Shown here: positions 18,266 to 26,790 of the stretch, piece after piece
How the letters are laid out: every line of letters begins with the position of its first letter
Numbering within the stretch: position 1 is the stretch's first letter
Assembly: GCA_964353135.1 (NCBI GenBank)
Contig: CAYGTV010000002.1
Location: forward strand, 133,204-167,121
Length of the DNA: 33,918 nt
Direction: 5' to 3'
Origin: an uncultured Candidatus Saccharibacteria bacterium
Lineage (GTDB): Bacteria; Patescibacteriota; Minisyncoccia; Phycocordibacterales; UBA918
The notes under the pieces: generated by a model
What the model was told of the DNA's origin: nothing
Seen by the model: the letters and a program-made list of their open reading frames with translations, nothing else
The model's database searches: none
Position numbers and translations under genes: made by a program

Positions 18266-19003
18266 ATGGAAACATTAGCTGTATCGTTTCTACTGCTAGC
18301 TTTCTTTTCTGGAGTACTGACAGTCCTGGCGCCATGTATCTTGCCGCTTTTACCGGTTATTATCGGTACCAGTGCCGGTGCCCGGAGTAGATATACGCCA
18401 TACATAGTGATTGGTTCACTATCTGCCTCGATTCTGGTATTTACCTACCTACTCAAGGCTAGTACCCTACTCATAGACATTCCGACGTCATTTTGGGCTT
18501 ATTTTTCTGGCTTAATCCTGATCCTGATTGGTTTCACGTTCACCTTCCCTACCATATGGAGCAAGGTGCCAGGTATGAACAAGCTTTCCCGGAGCGGAAA
18601 TGCCGTGGTGGGTAGTGGTTATACGAAAAAGAGCCTGTGGGGCGATATCACCATCGGTGCAGCGCTTGGACCAGTGTTTTCTAGCTGCAGCCCGACTTAT
18701 TTCCTGATCCTGGCAGCGGTCCTCCCTGCTAGTTTTGCTTTAGGTACTGTGTACTTACTAGTGTATACAGCTGGTTTAGCGTCTGTCCTCATGCTAATTG
18801 CCCTACTTGGTCAACGGTTTGTCGGGAATATTGCCTGGGCAGCTGATCCTCACGGTGGGTTCAAGCGTAGTTTAGGAGTCATCTTCCTACTGGTAGGCCT
18901 AGCCATCTTTACCGGACTAGATAAACAGTTTGAAGCCTTTATTCTAGACACTGGATTTAACACTGTTAATTTTGAAAACAGTCTCTTAGAAGGTGTCCTG
19001 TAG
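18266..19003 (+). CDS. ccdA: CcdA/DsbD-type transmembrane electron transporter
   Basis: APCILPLLP and FSSCSPT cysteines, about 6 TM, next to thioredoxin. Confidence 0.88.
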   Translation: METLAVSFLLLAFFSGVLTVLAPCILPLLPVIIGTSAGARSRYTPYIVIGSLSASILVFTYLLKASTLLIDIPTSFWAYFSGLILILIGFTFTFPTIWSKVPGMNKLSRSGNAVVGSGYTKKSLWGDITIGAALGPVFSSCSPTYFLILAAVLPASFALGTVYLLVYTAGLASVLMLIALLGQRFVGNIAWAADPHGGFKRSLGVIFLLVGLAIFTGLDKQFEAFILDTGFNTVNFENSLLEGVL

Positions 19004-19087
19004 ATAACTGTGTATAAGACTGGGGATATGGGGATAAAGGACAGGTGCATAACCTGTCCTTTATTTATATTTGGTATACTGTAAGGG
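18999..19087. promoter_or_regulatory. DnaA-box cluster, candidate oriC
   Basis: TGTAGATAA 18999, TGTGTATAA 19009, TGGGGATAT 19021, TGGGGATAA 19029, GGTGCATAA 19044 (consensus TGTGNATAA), followed by an AT-rich stretch. Confidence 0.6.
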
Positions 19088-19852
19088 TATTTCACGTGAA
19101 ATACAGTAAGACCTGCCACGTGAAACGTTTCATATGAAACAAAGTAATAAACAAGGAAAAAAGAACCAGGTAGGCGCTTTGGGTGAACAAATTACCGTTA
19201 ATTACCTTAAAAAACAGGGTTTTTTGGTGTTAGATACTAATTATTTGAAAAAATGGGGAGAAATCGACATTGTTGCACGGGAAACGTTGGAAAATAAGCA
19301 GATTATAAGGTTTGTAGAAGTTAAAACAGTTTCATATGAAACGAAAGCAGCGTTAGACTACGCTGTTACACATGAAACCTGGAATCCCGAAGATAATGTG
19401 CACTATAAAAAGATCCAACGCATGAATCGGGCGATAGAGTCCTGGTTGTCAGAAAACAATTGTGATCTGGATTGGCAGATCGATATTGCTGCTGTTCGGA
19501 TAGTTACACGTGAAAAGTTTGCTACCATAAAGTATATTCCTAACATTATCTTATAGTTCATCGCGCTGTGCCATGTGGAACAGGGAATATGTGTGCCACG
19601 TGAAACGTTTAAGTGATTGATTTAGGTTCTACTGGGTGCCGTGTTATGCTGGTTTCATATGGAACAAGACATCAACACTTTTTTAGAAAATCATAGTTCC
19701 TGGCAGCTTAGTGACAATACGCTGGTAGGTAACTGGAAACTGGCAGATTTTGCCCAGTTACGCCAAGTGGTGACACAGCTGTGTGACTTGGCAGATGAGC
19801 TCAACCATCACCCAACGGTGACCTATGGATACAACACGTTACACGTGGAAAC
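19088..19852. promoter_or_regulatory. Cluster of about 11 parS-like sites
   Basis: 16-mers resembling TGTTTCACGTGAAACA at 19088, 19112, 19126, 19271, 19328, 19364, 19502, 19567, 19592, 19651, 19837. Confidence 0.85.
19134..19556 (+). CDS. yraN: YraN/UPF0102 family putative endonuclease
   Basis: GALGE, YLKKQG, GEIDIVA, FVEVKT, IDIAAV. Confidence 0.9.
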   Translation: MKQSNKQGKKNQVGALGEQITVNYLKKQGFLVLDTNYLKKWGEIDIVARETLENKQIIRFVEVKTVSYETKAALDYAVTHETWNPEDNVHYKKIQRMNRAIESWLSENNCDLDWQIDIAAVRIVTREKFATIKYIPNIIL

Positions 19853-19934
19853 AACCACCCATGATGCTGGAAACCAGATAACACACAAGGACCTGGAACT
19901 GGCACGGAGTGTAAGTCAGATGGTGGGTGAGTAA
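19659..19934 (+). CDS. phhB: Pterin-4-alpha-carbinolamine dehydratase
   Basis: ADELNHHP, TTHDAG, ITHKDLELA. Confidence 0.88.
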   Translation: MEQDINTFLENHSSWQLSDNTLVGNWKLADFAQLRQVVTQLCDLADELNHHPTVTYGYNTLHVETTTHDAGNQITHKDLELARSVSQMVGE

Positions 19935-20090
19935 GCTCGCATTTTTTTCGTAGAGGTGGTATATTTTGCGGACTTTGGTAGCTGTGAATTATATTTCTGC
20001 TCCTAAGAAGAAATCAAAATATAGAGTCTATTTTCTGCTTCGCATTTCATGCTCAGATCGAAAATAGAAACGATTTTGCTTTTGCAAAAT

Positions 20091-20161
20091 CGGGGTGTAG
20101 CATAATGGTAGTGTACACGGTTTGGGACCGTGCGGCCCGGGTTCGATTCCCGGCTCCCCGA
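20091..20161 (+). tRNA. tRNA-Pro(TGG)
   Basis: CGGGGTG...CTCCCCG-A; CACGG-TT TGG GA-CCGTG; CCGGG-TTCGATT-CCCGG. U6-U67 mismatch in the acceptor stem. Confidence 0.9.
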
Positions 20162-20164
20162 CAA

Positions 20165-20206
20165 AATACAAAACAGCGTCAGACATGTCTGACGCTGTTT
20201 TGTATT
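20165..20206 (+). terminator. Palindromic terminator after tRNA-Pro
   Basis: AATACAAAACAGCGTCAGACATGTCTGACGCTGTTTTGTATT. Confidence 0.7.
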
Positions 20207-20221
20207 GTATACTTACCCGAT

Positions 20222-21100
20222 ATGGAACTGTGGTTTTGGGTAGCAGTAGGAGGAGCGGTCGTGTCTGGTATTAGCAACTTCTTTTTTAAAGTAGCTGCAA
20301 AAAACGAGTGTAATGCAGAGCTGTACATACTATATAGCTCACTCACTTCAATGGTTATTACTACTACATTACTCGTTGTATGGCCTCAGCAACTATTTGG
20401 CTTTGGCTGGATCGCTTTTGTGGTTTTTGTTGCTGGTATGACGTCTGCTTTAGCTGGCAGTCTCAAAGTGTATGCGTTGCGTTATATTGATTCAACTCTG
20501 TATTTCCCTTTATTTAAGTTAATAGTGCCGGCGTTAGCTATATGTATTGGTGTTACATTCTTTGAAGAATCATTTAGCGCAATTGAGTGGACAGGTTTGA
20601 TTGTTGGGTTGTTAGTGCCACTTATGCTGATTAACAGGTCAGAAAATAGTCGACAAGAGAATTTAAGGATGGGCTTATTGTTGATCTTAATAACAGGTAT
20701 TTTGTCGACAATAACGGCTGTTGCTGCAAAGTATGCAATTGTGGCTGAGGTGCCTGTAAATACAACGCTGCTTTTGACGGTTTTAGGGATTTCTCTAGGG
20801 GCGGTTTTCCTGATAGTGCGTAAGAATGGTGTGCGAAAAATACCTGTACTGATTAAGGAAGAAACTACCAGTCTTTTGGTAAAGATAGCGGTACTTAGGT
20901 CAACCTTTATTGTTACCGGTGTCTGGGCAATGTTATATGCCTATTCACTTGGAGGGACCCTTTCGGTGGTCCAAACCATCCATTCCATGTATATCCTCAT
21001 CCCGATCGTTCTCGCCATCATTTTCTACAACGAACACTGGAACTTGCAAAAGGCAGCTGCGATCGCTCTGTCAGTTGTTTCGCTCGCGTTTTTAGGCTAG
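20222..21100 (+). CDS. EamA/DMT family transporter
   Basis: Start MELWFW at 20222 (the 20105 start lies within the tRNA); about 10 TM; paralog of 10169 and 22857. Confidence 0.88.
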   Translation: MELWFWVAVGGAVVSGISNFFFKVAAKNECNAELYILYSSLTSMVITTTLLVVWPQQLFGFGWIAFVVFVAGMTSALAGSLKVYALRYIDSTLYFPLFKLIVPALAICIGVTFFEESFSAIEWTGLIVGLLVPLMLINRSENSRQENLRMGLLLILITGILSTITAVAAKYAIVAEVPVNTTLLLTVLGISLGAVFLIVRKNGVRKIPVLIKEETTSLLVKIAVLRSTFIVTGVWAMLYAYSLGGTLSVVQTIHSMYILIPIVLAIIFYNEHWNLQKAAAIALSVVSLAFLG

Positions 21101-21181
21101 ACAAAGAGATTATTTATAGTACTTTGTTTGCAAGCGCTCGGATGCGCTGTTTTTTGAAACTGGTGTGCAGTGTTGCGCACC
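21017..21181 (+). repeat. Direct repeat copy 1 (EamA 3' end + promoter/leader); copy 2 at 23655-23819
   Basis: Near-identical DNA at offset 2638, including GCTAGACAAA..TTATTTATAGTACTTTGTTTGCAAGCGC..GGATGCGCTGTTTTTT..GGTGTGCAGTGTTGCGCACC. Confidence 0.9.
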
Positions 21182-21205
21182 CTTTACGTAAGATAGGAGA
21201 CGGAT

Positions 21206-21610
21206 ATGGGTGGTATGGACATGGCAGAGCTGGGGTCAATTCCAAAGTTTAATGGATTGACACCTTTTAAGCCCGATGATCTACCTGGTAATTTTCAGAA
21301 GTTGATGGATTCAGCTTTGATCGGTCGTGAGAATCAGGTCATGACCTGCATCAAGAGTTTCACCATTAGCGGCAAAACAACCGCTGTGGTGAAAGATAAG
21401 TGCAAGTCAGCACTTTTTGTTGCGTATCTGACGTACCTTCGTCACAACATGATCGCTGATTACCAATCAGGTAAGCCAGTTGAAATGAGCGACTATTGTC
21501 GTGAATTGGTGCTTCTTTACTTCGGTGAAGAATTTATGGATCACGAAGTGCCGACTGATCTAATGGAGCTAAATGCAATCATCCAAATTGAATGGAAACT
21601 AGCCGCGTAG
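21206..21610 (+). CDS. Hypothetical protein (cassette cargo)
   Basis: AGGAG SD; 134 aa; no family recognised. Confidence 0.65.
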   Translation: MGGMDMAELGSIPKFNGLTPFKPDDLPGNFQKLMDSALIGRENQVMTCIKSFTISGKTTAVVKDKCKSALFVAYLTYLRHNMIADYQSGKPVEMSDYCRELVLLYFGEEFMDHEVPTDLMELNAIIQIEWKLAA

Positions 21611-21640
21611 CGGCTTTCGAAACTCTGAAGGAGAACAAAG

Positions 21641-22525
21641 ATGGATTCTATGTGGAAATCTTTAATCGAACTTGAGGGGGCGATTGATGTTATGTGGGAA
21701 GAGCGTGCTGACATCAATTCAACTCTGTGCCACGATGCGCCAAGCCGGCTAGCTGTTATGGAGACACTGCAGCGTCTCGACAATGGTTCGCTTCGAGTCG
21801 CTGAACCTACGACCGTTGCAGACGGTCATTCAAATGCGACTCACTGGCAAGTAAACCAGTGGGTCAAGAAGGCTGTCTTACTGTCGTTTCGTTTGAACGA
21901 CATGGAACAAATTCCTGGCGGTCCTGGTAATTCAGGTTGGTGGGACAAAGTGCCTTCCAAGTTTGATGGCTGGGGGCCAAAGCAGTGGCGTGCGGCGGGA
22001 TTCCGGGCAGTGCCTGGATCCATCGTTCGTCGTTCGGCTTATATTGCCAAAGACGTCGTGCTCATGCCGTCATTTGTTAACCTTGGCGCCTATGTCGGTG
22101 AAGGGACGATGGTTGATGCTTGGGCCACAATTGGCTCATGTGCACAGATTGGCAAGAACTGCCATATCTCTGGTGGTGCCGGCATCGGTGGTGTGTTGGA
22201 ACCGATGCAAGCTGGTCCAACCATCATCGAAGACAACTGCTTTATCGGCGCTCGTTCAGAGGTGGTCGAAGGAGTGATTGTTCGCGAAGGCTCGGTTCTC
22301 GGTATGGGTGTGTTCATCGGCCAGTCGACTAAAATCGTCGATCGCGAGACTGGCAAGGTCATGTATGGCGAAGTACCACCATATTCGGTCGTGGTAGCTG
22401 GTTCTATGCCTTCACGTAGCGCACGCGACTCAGCGGAGGTTAATCTCTACTGTGCAGTGATTGTGAAAACAGTTGACGAGCGGACTCGCTCCAAAACTGG
22501 TATCAATGAGCTCTTGCGCGACTGA
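21641..22525 (+). CDS. dapD: 2,3,4,5-tetrahydropyridine-2,6-dicarboxylate N-succinyltransferase
   Basis: [40 protein letters not shown], hexapeptide repeats, [10 protein letters not shown] end; AAGGAG SD. Confidence 0.95.
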   Translation: MDSMWKSLIELEGAIDVMWEERADINSTLCHDAPSRLAVMETLQRLDNGSLRVAEPTTVADGHSNATHWQVNQWVKKAVLLSFRLNDMEQIPGGPGNSGWWDKVPSKFDGWGPKQWRAAGFRAVPGSIVRRSAYIAKDVVLMPSFVNLGAYVGEGTMVDAWATIGSCAQIGKNCHISGGAGIGGVLEPMQAGPTIIEDNCFIGARSEVVEGVIVREGSVLGMGVFIGQSTKIVDRETGKVMYGEVPPYSVVVAGSMPSRSARDSAEVNLYCAVIVKTVDERTRSKTGINELLRD

Positions 22526-22572
22526 TTTGACCAAAGAAGAAAACAAAAGGTCCGGCGGAAATCCGCTGGGCC

Positions 22573-22650
22573 TTTTATCTGCCTTATTTTTATACTAAAG
22601 CCACCCAAGCAACCCCAATCATTGCTAATATAGAACCAACAATTTTGTAT
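22573..22650 (-). pseudogene. 3' remnant of the minus-strand EamA gene (copy of 24351-24428)
   Basis: Encodes YKIVGSILAMIGVAWVALV* versus YKIAGSILAMVGVAWLALI*; truncated exactly where element B begins. Confidence 0.85.
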
Positions 22651-22795
22651 GGAGAGCTGCGGGGAATCAAAAAGAGTGAATATATCGCTCGGACCAAAGG
22701 GAGGACGATTTGAGCGTCGGGGTCGCGTGGCACAGTAGATTCAAGACGAAGTCGTAGAATATACTGATGCAAAGGCGACCGACTCCCGGCTCCCC
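22651..22795 (+). repeat. tRNA-associated folded element B (Pro ends)
   Basis: Starts GGAGAGC..GGGAATC (inverted tRNA-Pro 3' end); core aligns with element A; ends CGACTCCCGGCTCCCC (15/16 match to the tRNA-Pro 3' end). Confidence 0.82.
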
Positions 22796-22856
22796 CTACA
22801 TAAAACAAACCAATGTCAGACATATTTAATGTTGTTTTGTATTGTATACTCGTAGG

Positions 22857-23738
22857 ATGGAACCTTGGTTTGTATTGGCCGTTGTAGCAGCAATAGTGGG
22901 TGGGATCCCGCCTTTTTTAGTTAAGGTGGCTGCCAAGCGTGACTACGACGCCGGCTTGTTTATTCTCCTTGGGTCAATTGCAAAAGCACTTATCATTGTT
23001 CCCCTTGTATTAGTTTGGGGAGATTGGGAGGTGTTTCATATTATTCCAGTACTCCTAGGTTTCTTGGTTGGTTTGGTGGCTGTGCAAGGCGCAATAATGC
23101 GAGTGCTAGCGTTGCGACATGTCGACGCGACTATTTATTTCCCACTAAACAAGGTGCTTTCTCCAGTTGTGGTTATTGCCGCCGGAATACTGCTATTTTC
23201 AGAATCATTTACATTTATGGAATGGTTAGGGCTTCTGGGTGGTATTTTTGTGCCTTTGTTACTAATTTCTCGGGGTGAGCATACAAGGCAGAGTAATTTG
23301 CGTGCTGGCTTGATTCTGATTGTTATTACAGCTTTAATCTCGGCATTTGGAGCTATCGTAAATAAATTTACTCTCGATACTTTTGCCGACACCGCACTAT
23401 GGATATTGGCCGGAAATGCTTGTGGAGCACTACTTGGTTCTCTGTATAAGTATTGGCGCACCCAGGGGAGTCTTGCCATGATCATACCGGGAATAAGGGT
23501 TACAGATGGTGTCATGATTAAATTGTCACTGGTTAGAGGCCTTTTGTTGATAGTTTCTTTGGGAAGTGGTTTGTATGCCTTGGCGCTTGGAGGTCCAGTT
23601 GGTATCGTATATACAATTGGAGCGTTATATATTTTGATTCCGATACTGTTGTCTATCATTTTCTACAACGAACACTGGAACCTACAAAAAGCCTTGGCAA
23701 TTGTTCTGTCAGTTGTTTCGCTCGCGTTTTTAGGCTAG
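22857..23738 (+). CDS. EamA/DMT family transporter
   Basis: Start MEPWF 6 nt after TATACT; paralog of 20222-21100 with near-identical 3' end. Confidence 0.88.
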   Translation: MEPWFVLAVVAAIVGGIPPFLVKVAAKRDYDAGLFILLGSIAKALIIVPLVLVWGDWEVFHIIPVLLGFLVGLVAVQGAIMRVLALRHVDATIYFPLNKVLSPVVVIAAGILLFSESFTFMEWLGLLGGIFVPLLLISRGEHTRQSNLRAGLILIVITALISAFGAIVNKFTLDTFADTALWILAGNACGALLGSLYKYWRTQGSLAMIIPGIRVTDGVMIKLSLVRGLLLIVSLGSGLYALALGGPVGIVYTIGALYILIPILLSIIFYNEHWNLQKALAIVLSVVSLAFLG

Positions 23739-23844
23739 ACAAATAAATTATTTATAGTACTTTGTTTGCAAGCGCTTGGATGCGCTGTTTTTTACAATTG
23801 GTGTGCAGTGTTGCGCACCTTTCACATTGAAAAGGAGTAAGAAT

Positions 23845-24312
23845 ATGAGCGGAGCATACATGTCAGTACGGGATTCAATCCCAGAGACGCTGGCGGATTT
23901 TGTCGCAAGACTTGATTCTGCCAATCCAGCACAAAACGCTGCACATTTGGTTGATGAGCTTGGTTTGTTTAACAAGCACATGGTTTCAGTGAACGAGGCT
24001 GAGGAACAAATCCAGTATCGTATCGCAGGTTTCACTACCACACGCGGTGGTCAGGTCGAACATGATCACCAGATTGGGTTTGACAAGCCTGGCACAGCAA
24101 AAGTCGCTGTGTTCCTAGAGAAGTTATCTATCATTCTCGGTGAAGACGAGTTTGAAATGACAACAAAGATGTTATTGGCCGCCAGAGCGTACTTCGGTGC
24201 TAATGAGACTGAGAGGGCAGCGATTGAGCGTCAGCTTTACGACAAACCACTCAATGCACTGATGCAAAGTGGGAGCGCAGTGGTTACCATCAAGCGCCCA
24301 AAGAGACATTGA
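23845..24312 (+). CDS. Hypothetical protein (cassette cargo)
   Basis: AAGGAG SD before ATG 23845; followed by a GC hairpin; no family recognised. Confidence 0.65.
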   Translation: MSGAYMSVRDSIPETLADFVARLDSANPAQNAAHLVDELGLFNKHMVSVNEAEEQIQYRIAGFTTTRGGQVEHDHQIGFDKPGTAKVAVFLEKLSIILGEDEFEMTTKMLLAARAYFGANETERAAIERQLYDKPLNALMQSGSAVVTIKRPKRH

Positions 24313-24367
24313 AAAGAGCCCGGCTGGATTGTTATCCTGCCGGGCCCTTGTTTTATCTGCCTTATTT

Positions 24368-25231
24368 TTATATTAAAGCCAGCCAAGCAACCCCGACCAT
24401 TGCTAATATGGAACCAGCAATTTTGTATTTCAGATAGTCTCGTTCTTTGAGAAAAATCATCGAAAATAGAACAGAAAGAATAATCGTTAGTGGTAGTAAG
24501 GCGCTAAGTAATGACAGGTTGTCGGTTCGTTTGATTGCTTCTAGTAGTAAGACGATTGAGGGTACAAAAAACAGGACGTCACCTGCAAATGGGATGAAAT
24601 TGTTTTGATTGAACAATTCTTTAGTCTTGCCGAGCCGTCTTCGGTAGATAATTGCCAAAATTAATCCTTGGACAATTAAAGCGATGGATAAATAAGATAT
24701 AACGTCTACAGCTGAGAACAACACTCGATCTACGATCGTGGCTGCTCCATACACAGCTGCAAAACTAGCGGCCAAAATGAACCCCAAGGTAGTACTTTTT
24801 GAGACTGAACGTTGTGGCCAGAGCACAAGCATTGCAGCTAGCAGTATTACTCCTGCTGCTAGTAGTTGCGCGACAGTCAACCCTTCATGTAGCAGTATCG
24901 TTGCTCCAACGATTGTCCATATGACACGGGTGCTTTCAATAATTGCAAAACTGCCTGCGTCGATGTGTTTGATGGCGTTAAATTGCAGCACGTCTGCAAT
25001 AGCCGCTGCGCCGATGTTGATTAGAACCCAAACCCATATCTGTGATATATCAAATGGCTTGAAACCAACTACTAGTGCAACCAGTAACAAAACTGCGCCC
25101 GCACATAAATTAAAAAATATTGCGCTGACATACGGATCAGCTGAGTTAGTTCTGCCTAGCAGCCTTCTACGAAATATCGCTCCGCCTGATTTCAGCACTA
25201 TGCTGGCTGTAAGTAAGGTGACCCAATTCAT
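24368..25231 (-). CDS. EamA/DMT family transporter (distinct subfamily)
   Basis: About 10 TM; LLHEGL and FLKER repeat ends; ATG 6 nt after TATAAT. Confidence 0.85.
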   Translation of the reverse strand: MNWVTLLTASIVLKSGGAIFRRRLLGRTNSADPYVSAIFFNLCAGAVLLLVALVVGFKPFDISQIWVWVLINIGAAAIADVLQFNAIKHIDAGSFAIIESTRVIWTIVGATILLHEGLTVAQLLAAGVILLAAMLVLWPQRSVSKSTTLGFILAASFAAVYGAATIVDRVLFSAVDVISYLSIALIVQGLILAIIYRRRLGKTKELFNQNNFIPFAGDVLFFVPSIVLLLEAIKRTDNLSLLSALLPLTIILSVLFSMIFLKERDYLKYKIAGSILAMVGVAWLALI

Positions 25232-25278
25232 GGATTGATTATATCCCAAGACTTTGTGCTTTTGTTATACTAGATAGA

Positions 25279-26202
25279 ATGATCACCCGTTATTTCCGTA
25301 CTCTCAAAGATTCAGAACTAAAACAAGTTCCAGTCACACGGTCTGGGGTATGGATTCACGCTGTTTCACCAACTGAACAAGAATTGACGGACTTGTTCAT
25401 TGAATTGGCGCTAGATAAAGCACTCGTGGAAGATGCTCTCGACTTTTACGAGGTGCCACGGTTTGAGCGGTCAAATGATGCGACGTTTTTCTTTACCCGC
25501 TACCCCTACGCCGAGAAAAAAGAAGACACTGACACAGCGCCGCTTTTGATCGTGCTGGGGGAGTCGTTTGTGCTGACGGTGGTACAGCGCGAGCTGCCAC
25601 AGATCAAGCCGCTGCTGGAAGGAAAGGTCGTGGTGCATACCACCCAAAAAACCAAGCTATTTATCCAGATTATGCAGGAAATCGTGGATGCATTTGAAAT
25701 TGATTTGGTGCGACTGCGAAGGTCGGTGCACAAAGACCGGGCAAAATTGCGTAAAATCGGAAACAAAGAAATCGAGCGGTTTGTGACAGTGGAACACAAG
25801 CTAAACGATATGATCGCAGCGGTGCTGCCGACCAACACTGCACTGCAGCAGATCGCCAAAGCCAGGGTAATCAAACTCCACCCCAACGACGTTGATTTGA
25901 TGGAAGACCTGATGATCGACAACACCCAGCTGGTCGACTCGGCCCGGTCGGTTCTCAAAACCATTCAAAACGTCCGCAGTGCCGCTGAGGCAATTCTCAC
26001 CAATACTTTGAACAATCGTATTAAAACGTTGACTGTATTGACGATTCTACTAACTATCCCAACCATTATTTCCTCACTTTACGGGATGAACGTGGCATTG
26101 CCGCTAATGGAGACACAGTATGCGTTTTGGGTGGTGATTGGCTCGATTGTATTGATTGTGGGCTTTGTTTTGTGGCTATTTAAGAAAAACGAGTGGTTGT
26201 GA
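25279..26202 (+). CDS. corA: CorA family Mg2+/Co2+ transporter
   Basis: PT...YGMNV signature followed by C-terminal TM. Confidence 0.92.
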   Translation: MITRYFRTLKDSELKQVPVTRSGVWIHAVSPTEQELTDLFIELALDKALVEDALDFYEVPRFERSNDATFFFTRYPYAEKKEDTDTAPLLIVLGESFVLTVVQRELPQIKPLLEGKVVVHTTQKTKLFIQIMQEIVDAFEIDLVRLRRSVHKDRAKLRKIGNKEIERFVTVEHKLNDMIAAVLPTNTALQQIAKARVIKLHPNDVDLMEDLMIDNTQLVDSARSVLKTIQNVRSAAEAILTNTLNNRIKTLTVLTILLTIPTIISSLYGMNVALPLMETQYAFWVVIGSIVLIVGFVLWLFKKNEWL

Positions 26203-26214
26203 TAAATTGATTCT

Positions 26215-26787
26215 ATGGAATCACAATTTGTTTACATTGATGACTACGGTCTGCGAGGAACCAATTTCTATTGGCATAAGTATGAAGGCAAAGGCTTGAG
26301 TAAACAGGATGTTCTAGATGCTGGATTAACTAGCGATCGGGTACAGGTACATAAAGATATTATTGATTTACTGATTAGTATCAATAATAAATTTCAAGAA
26401 CGAGGCTATGTTATGTATATAAAAGAGGGTTATAGATCAAAATCTCTGTACGAAATCATGTATCAGCGAAGGGTAGAAAAGTTTGGCCAAGAAGAGACTG
26501 ACCGACTGATCAATATGAATGATATGCCTCATGCACAAGGATTGTCAGTTGATGTGGCACTTTGGAATCCAGAGACTGACGCAGAAGTGTTTATGCGAAA
26601 CGGAGAGGATGGGACTGACGCATTGTTTGTGGACTTTTATAAAGATAAAGAAGATGACAGTGCCCAGAAATACCAAGAATTACAGGAGTGGTTTATCGAT
26701 ATTATGCAGAATCATGGATTTCGATTGGGAACCAGGCGAGAGTATTTTCACTTTGATTATCGGCCAGATATGGAACGTAACTATTAG
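26215..26787 (+). CDS. D-Ala-D-Ala dipeptidase-like M15 peptidase (VanX/DdpX-like)
   Basis: EGYRS, PHAQGLSVDV, EYFHFDY. Confidence 0.8.
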   Translation: MESQFVYIDDYGLRGTNFYWHKYEGKGLSKQDVLDAGLTSDRVQVHKDIIDLLISINNKFQERGYVMYIKEGYRSKSLYEIMYQRRVEKFGQEETDRLINMNDMPHAQGLSVDVALWNPETDAEVFMRNGEDGTDALFVDFYKDKEDDSAQKYQELQEWFIDIMQNHGFRLGTRREYFHFDYRPDMERNY

Positions 26788-26790
26788 ATT

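Noticed and set aside
19088-19852. CRISPR array
   Set aside because: Repeats are 16-bp degenerate palindromes at irregular spacing inside genes, matching parS; no cas genes.
20105-20221. N-terminal extension of EamA in the ORF track
   Set aside because: Lies within tRNA-Pro and its terminator; paralogs begin at ME.WF.
22590-22823. 77-aa minus-strand ORF as a real gene
   Set aside because: Chimera of element B antisense and the EamA 3' stub; its similarity to ORF 17306-17500 (RDPDA.IV) just reflects the repeat.
26215-26787. Vancomycin resistance locus
   Set aside because: Lone VanX-like peptidase without vanH/vanA/vanRS; more likely dipeptide recycling.
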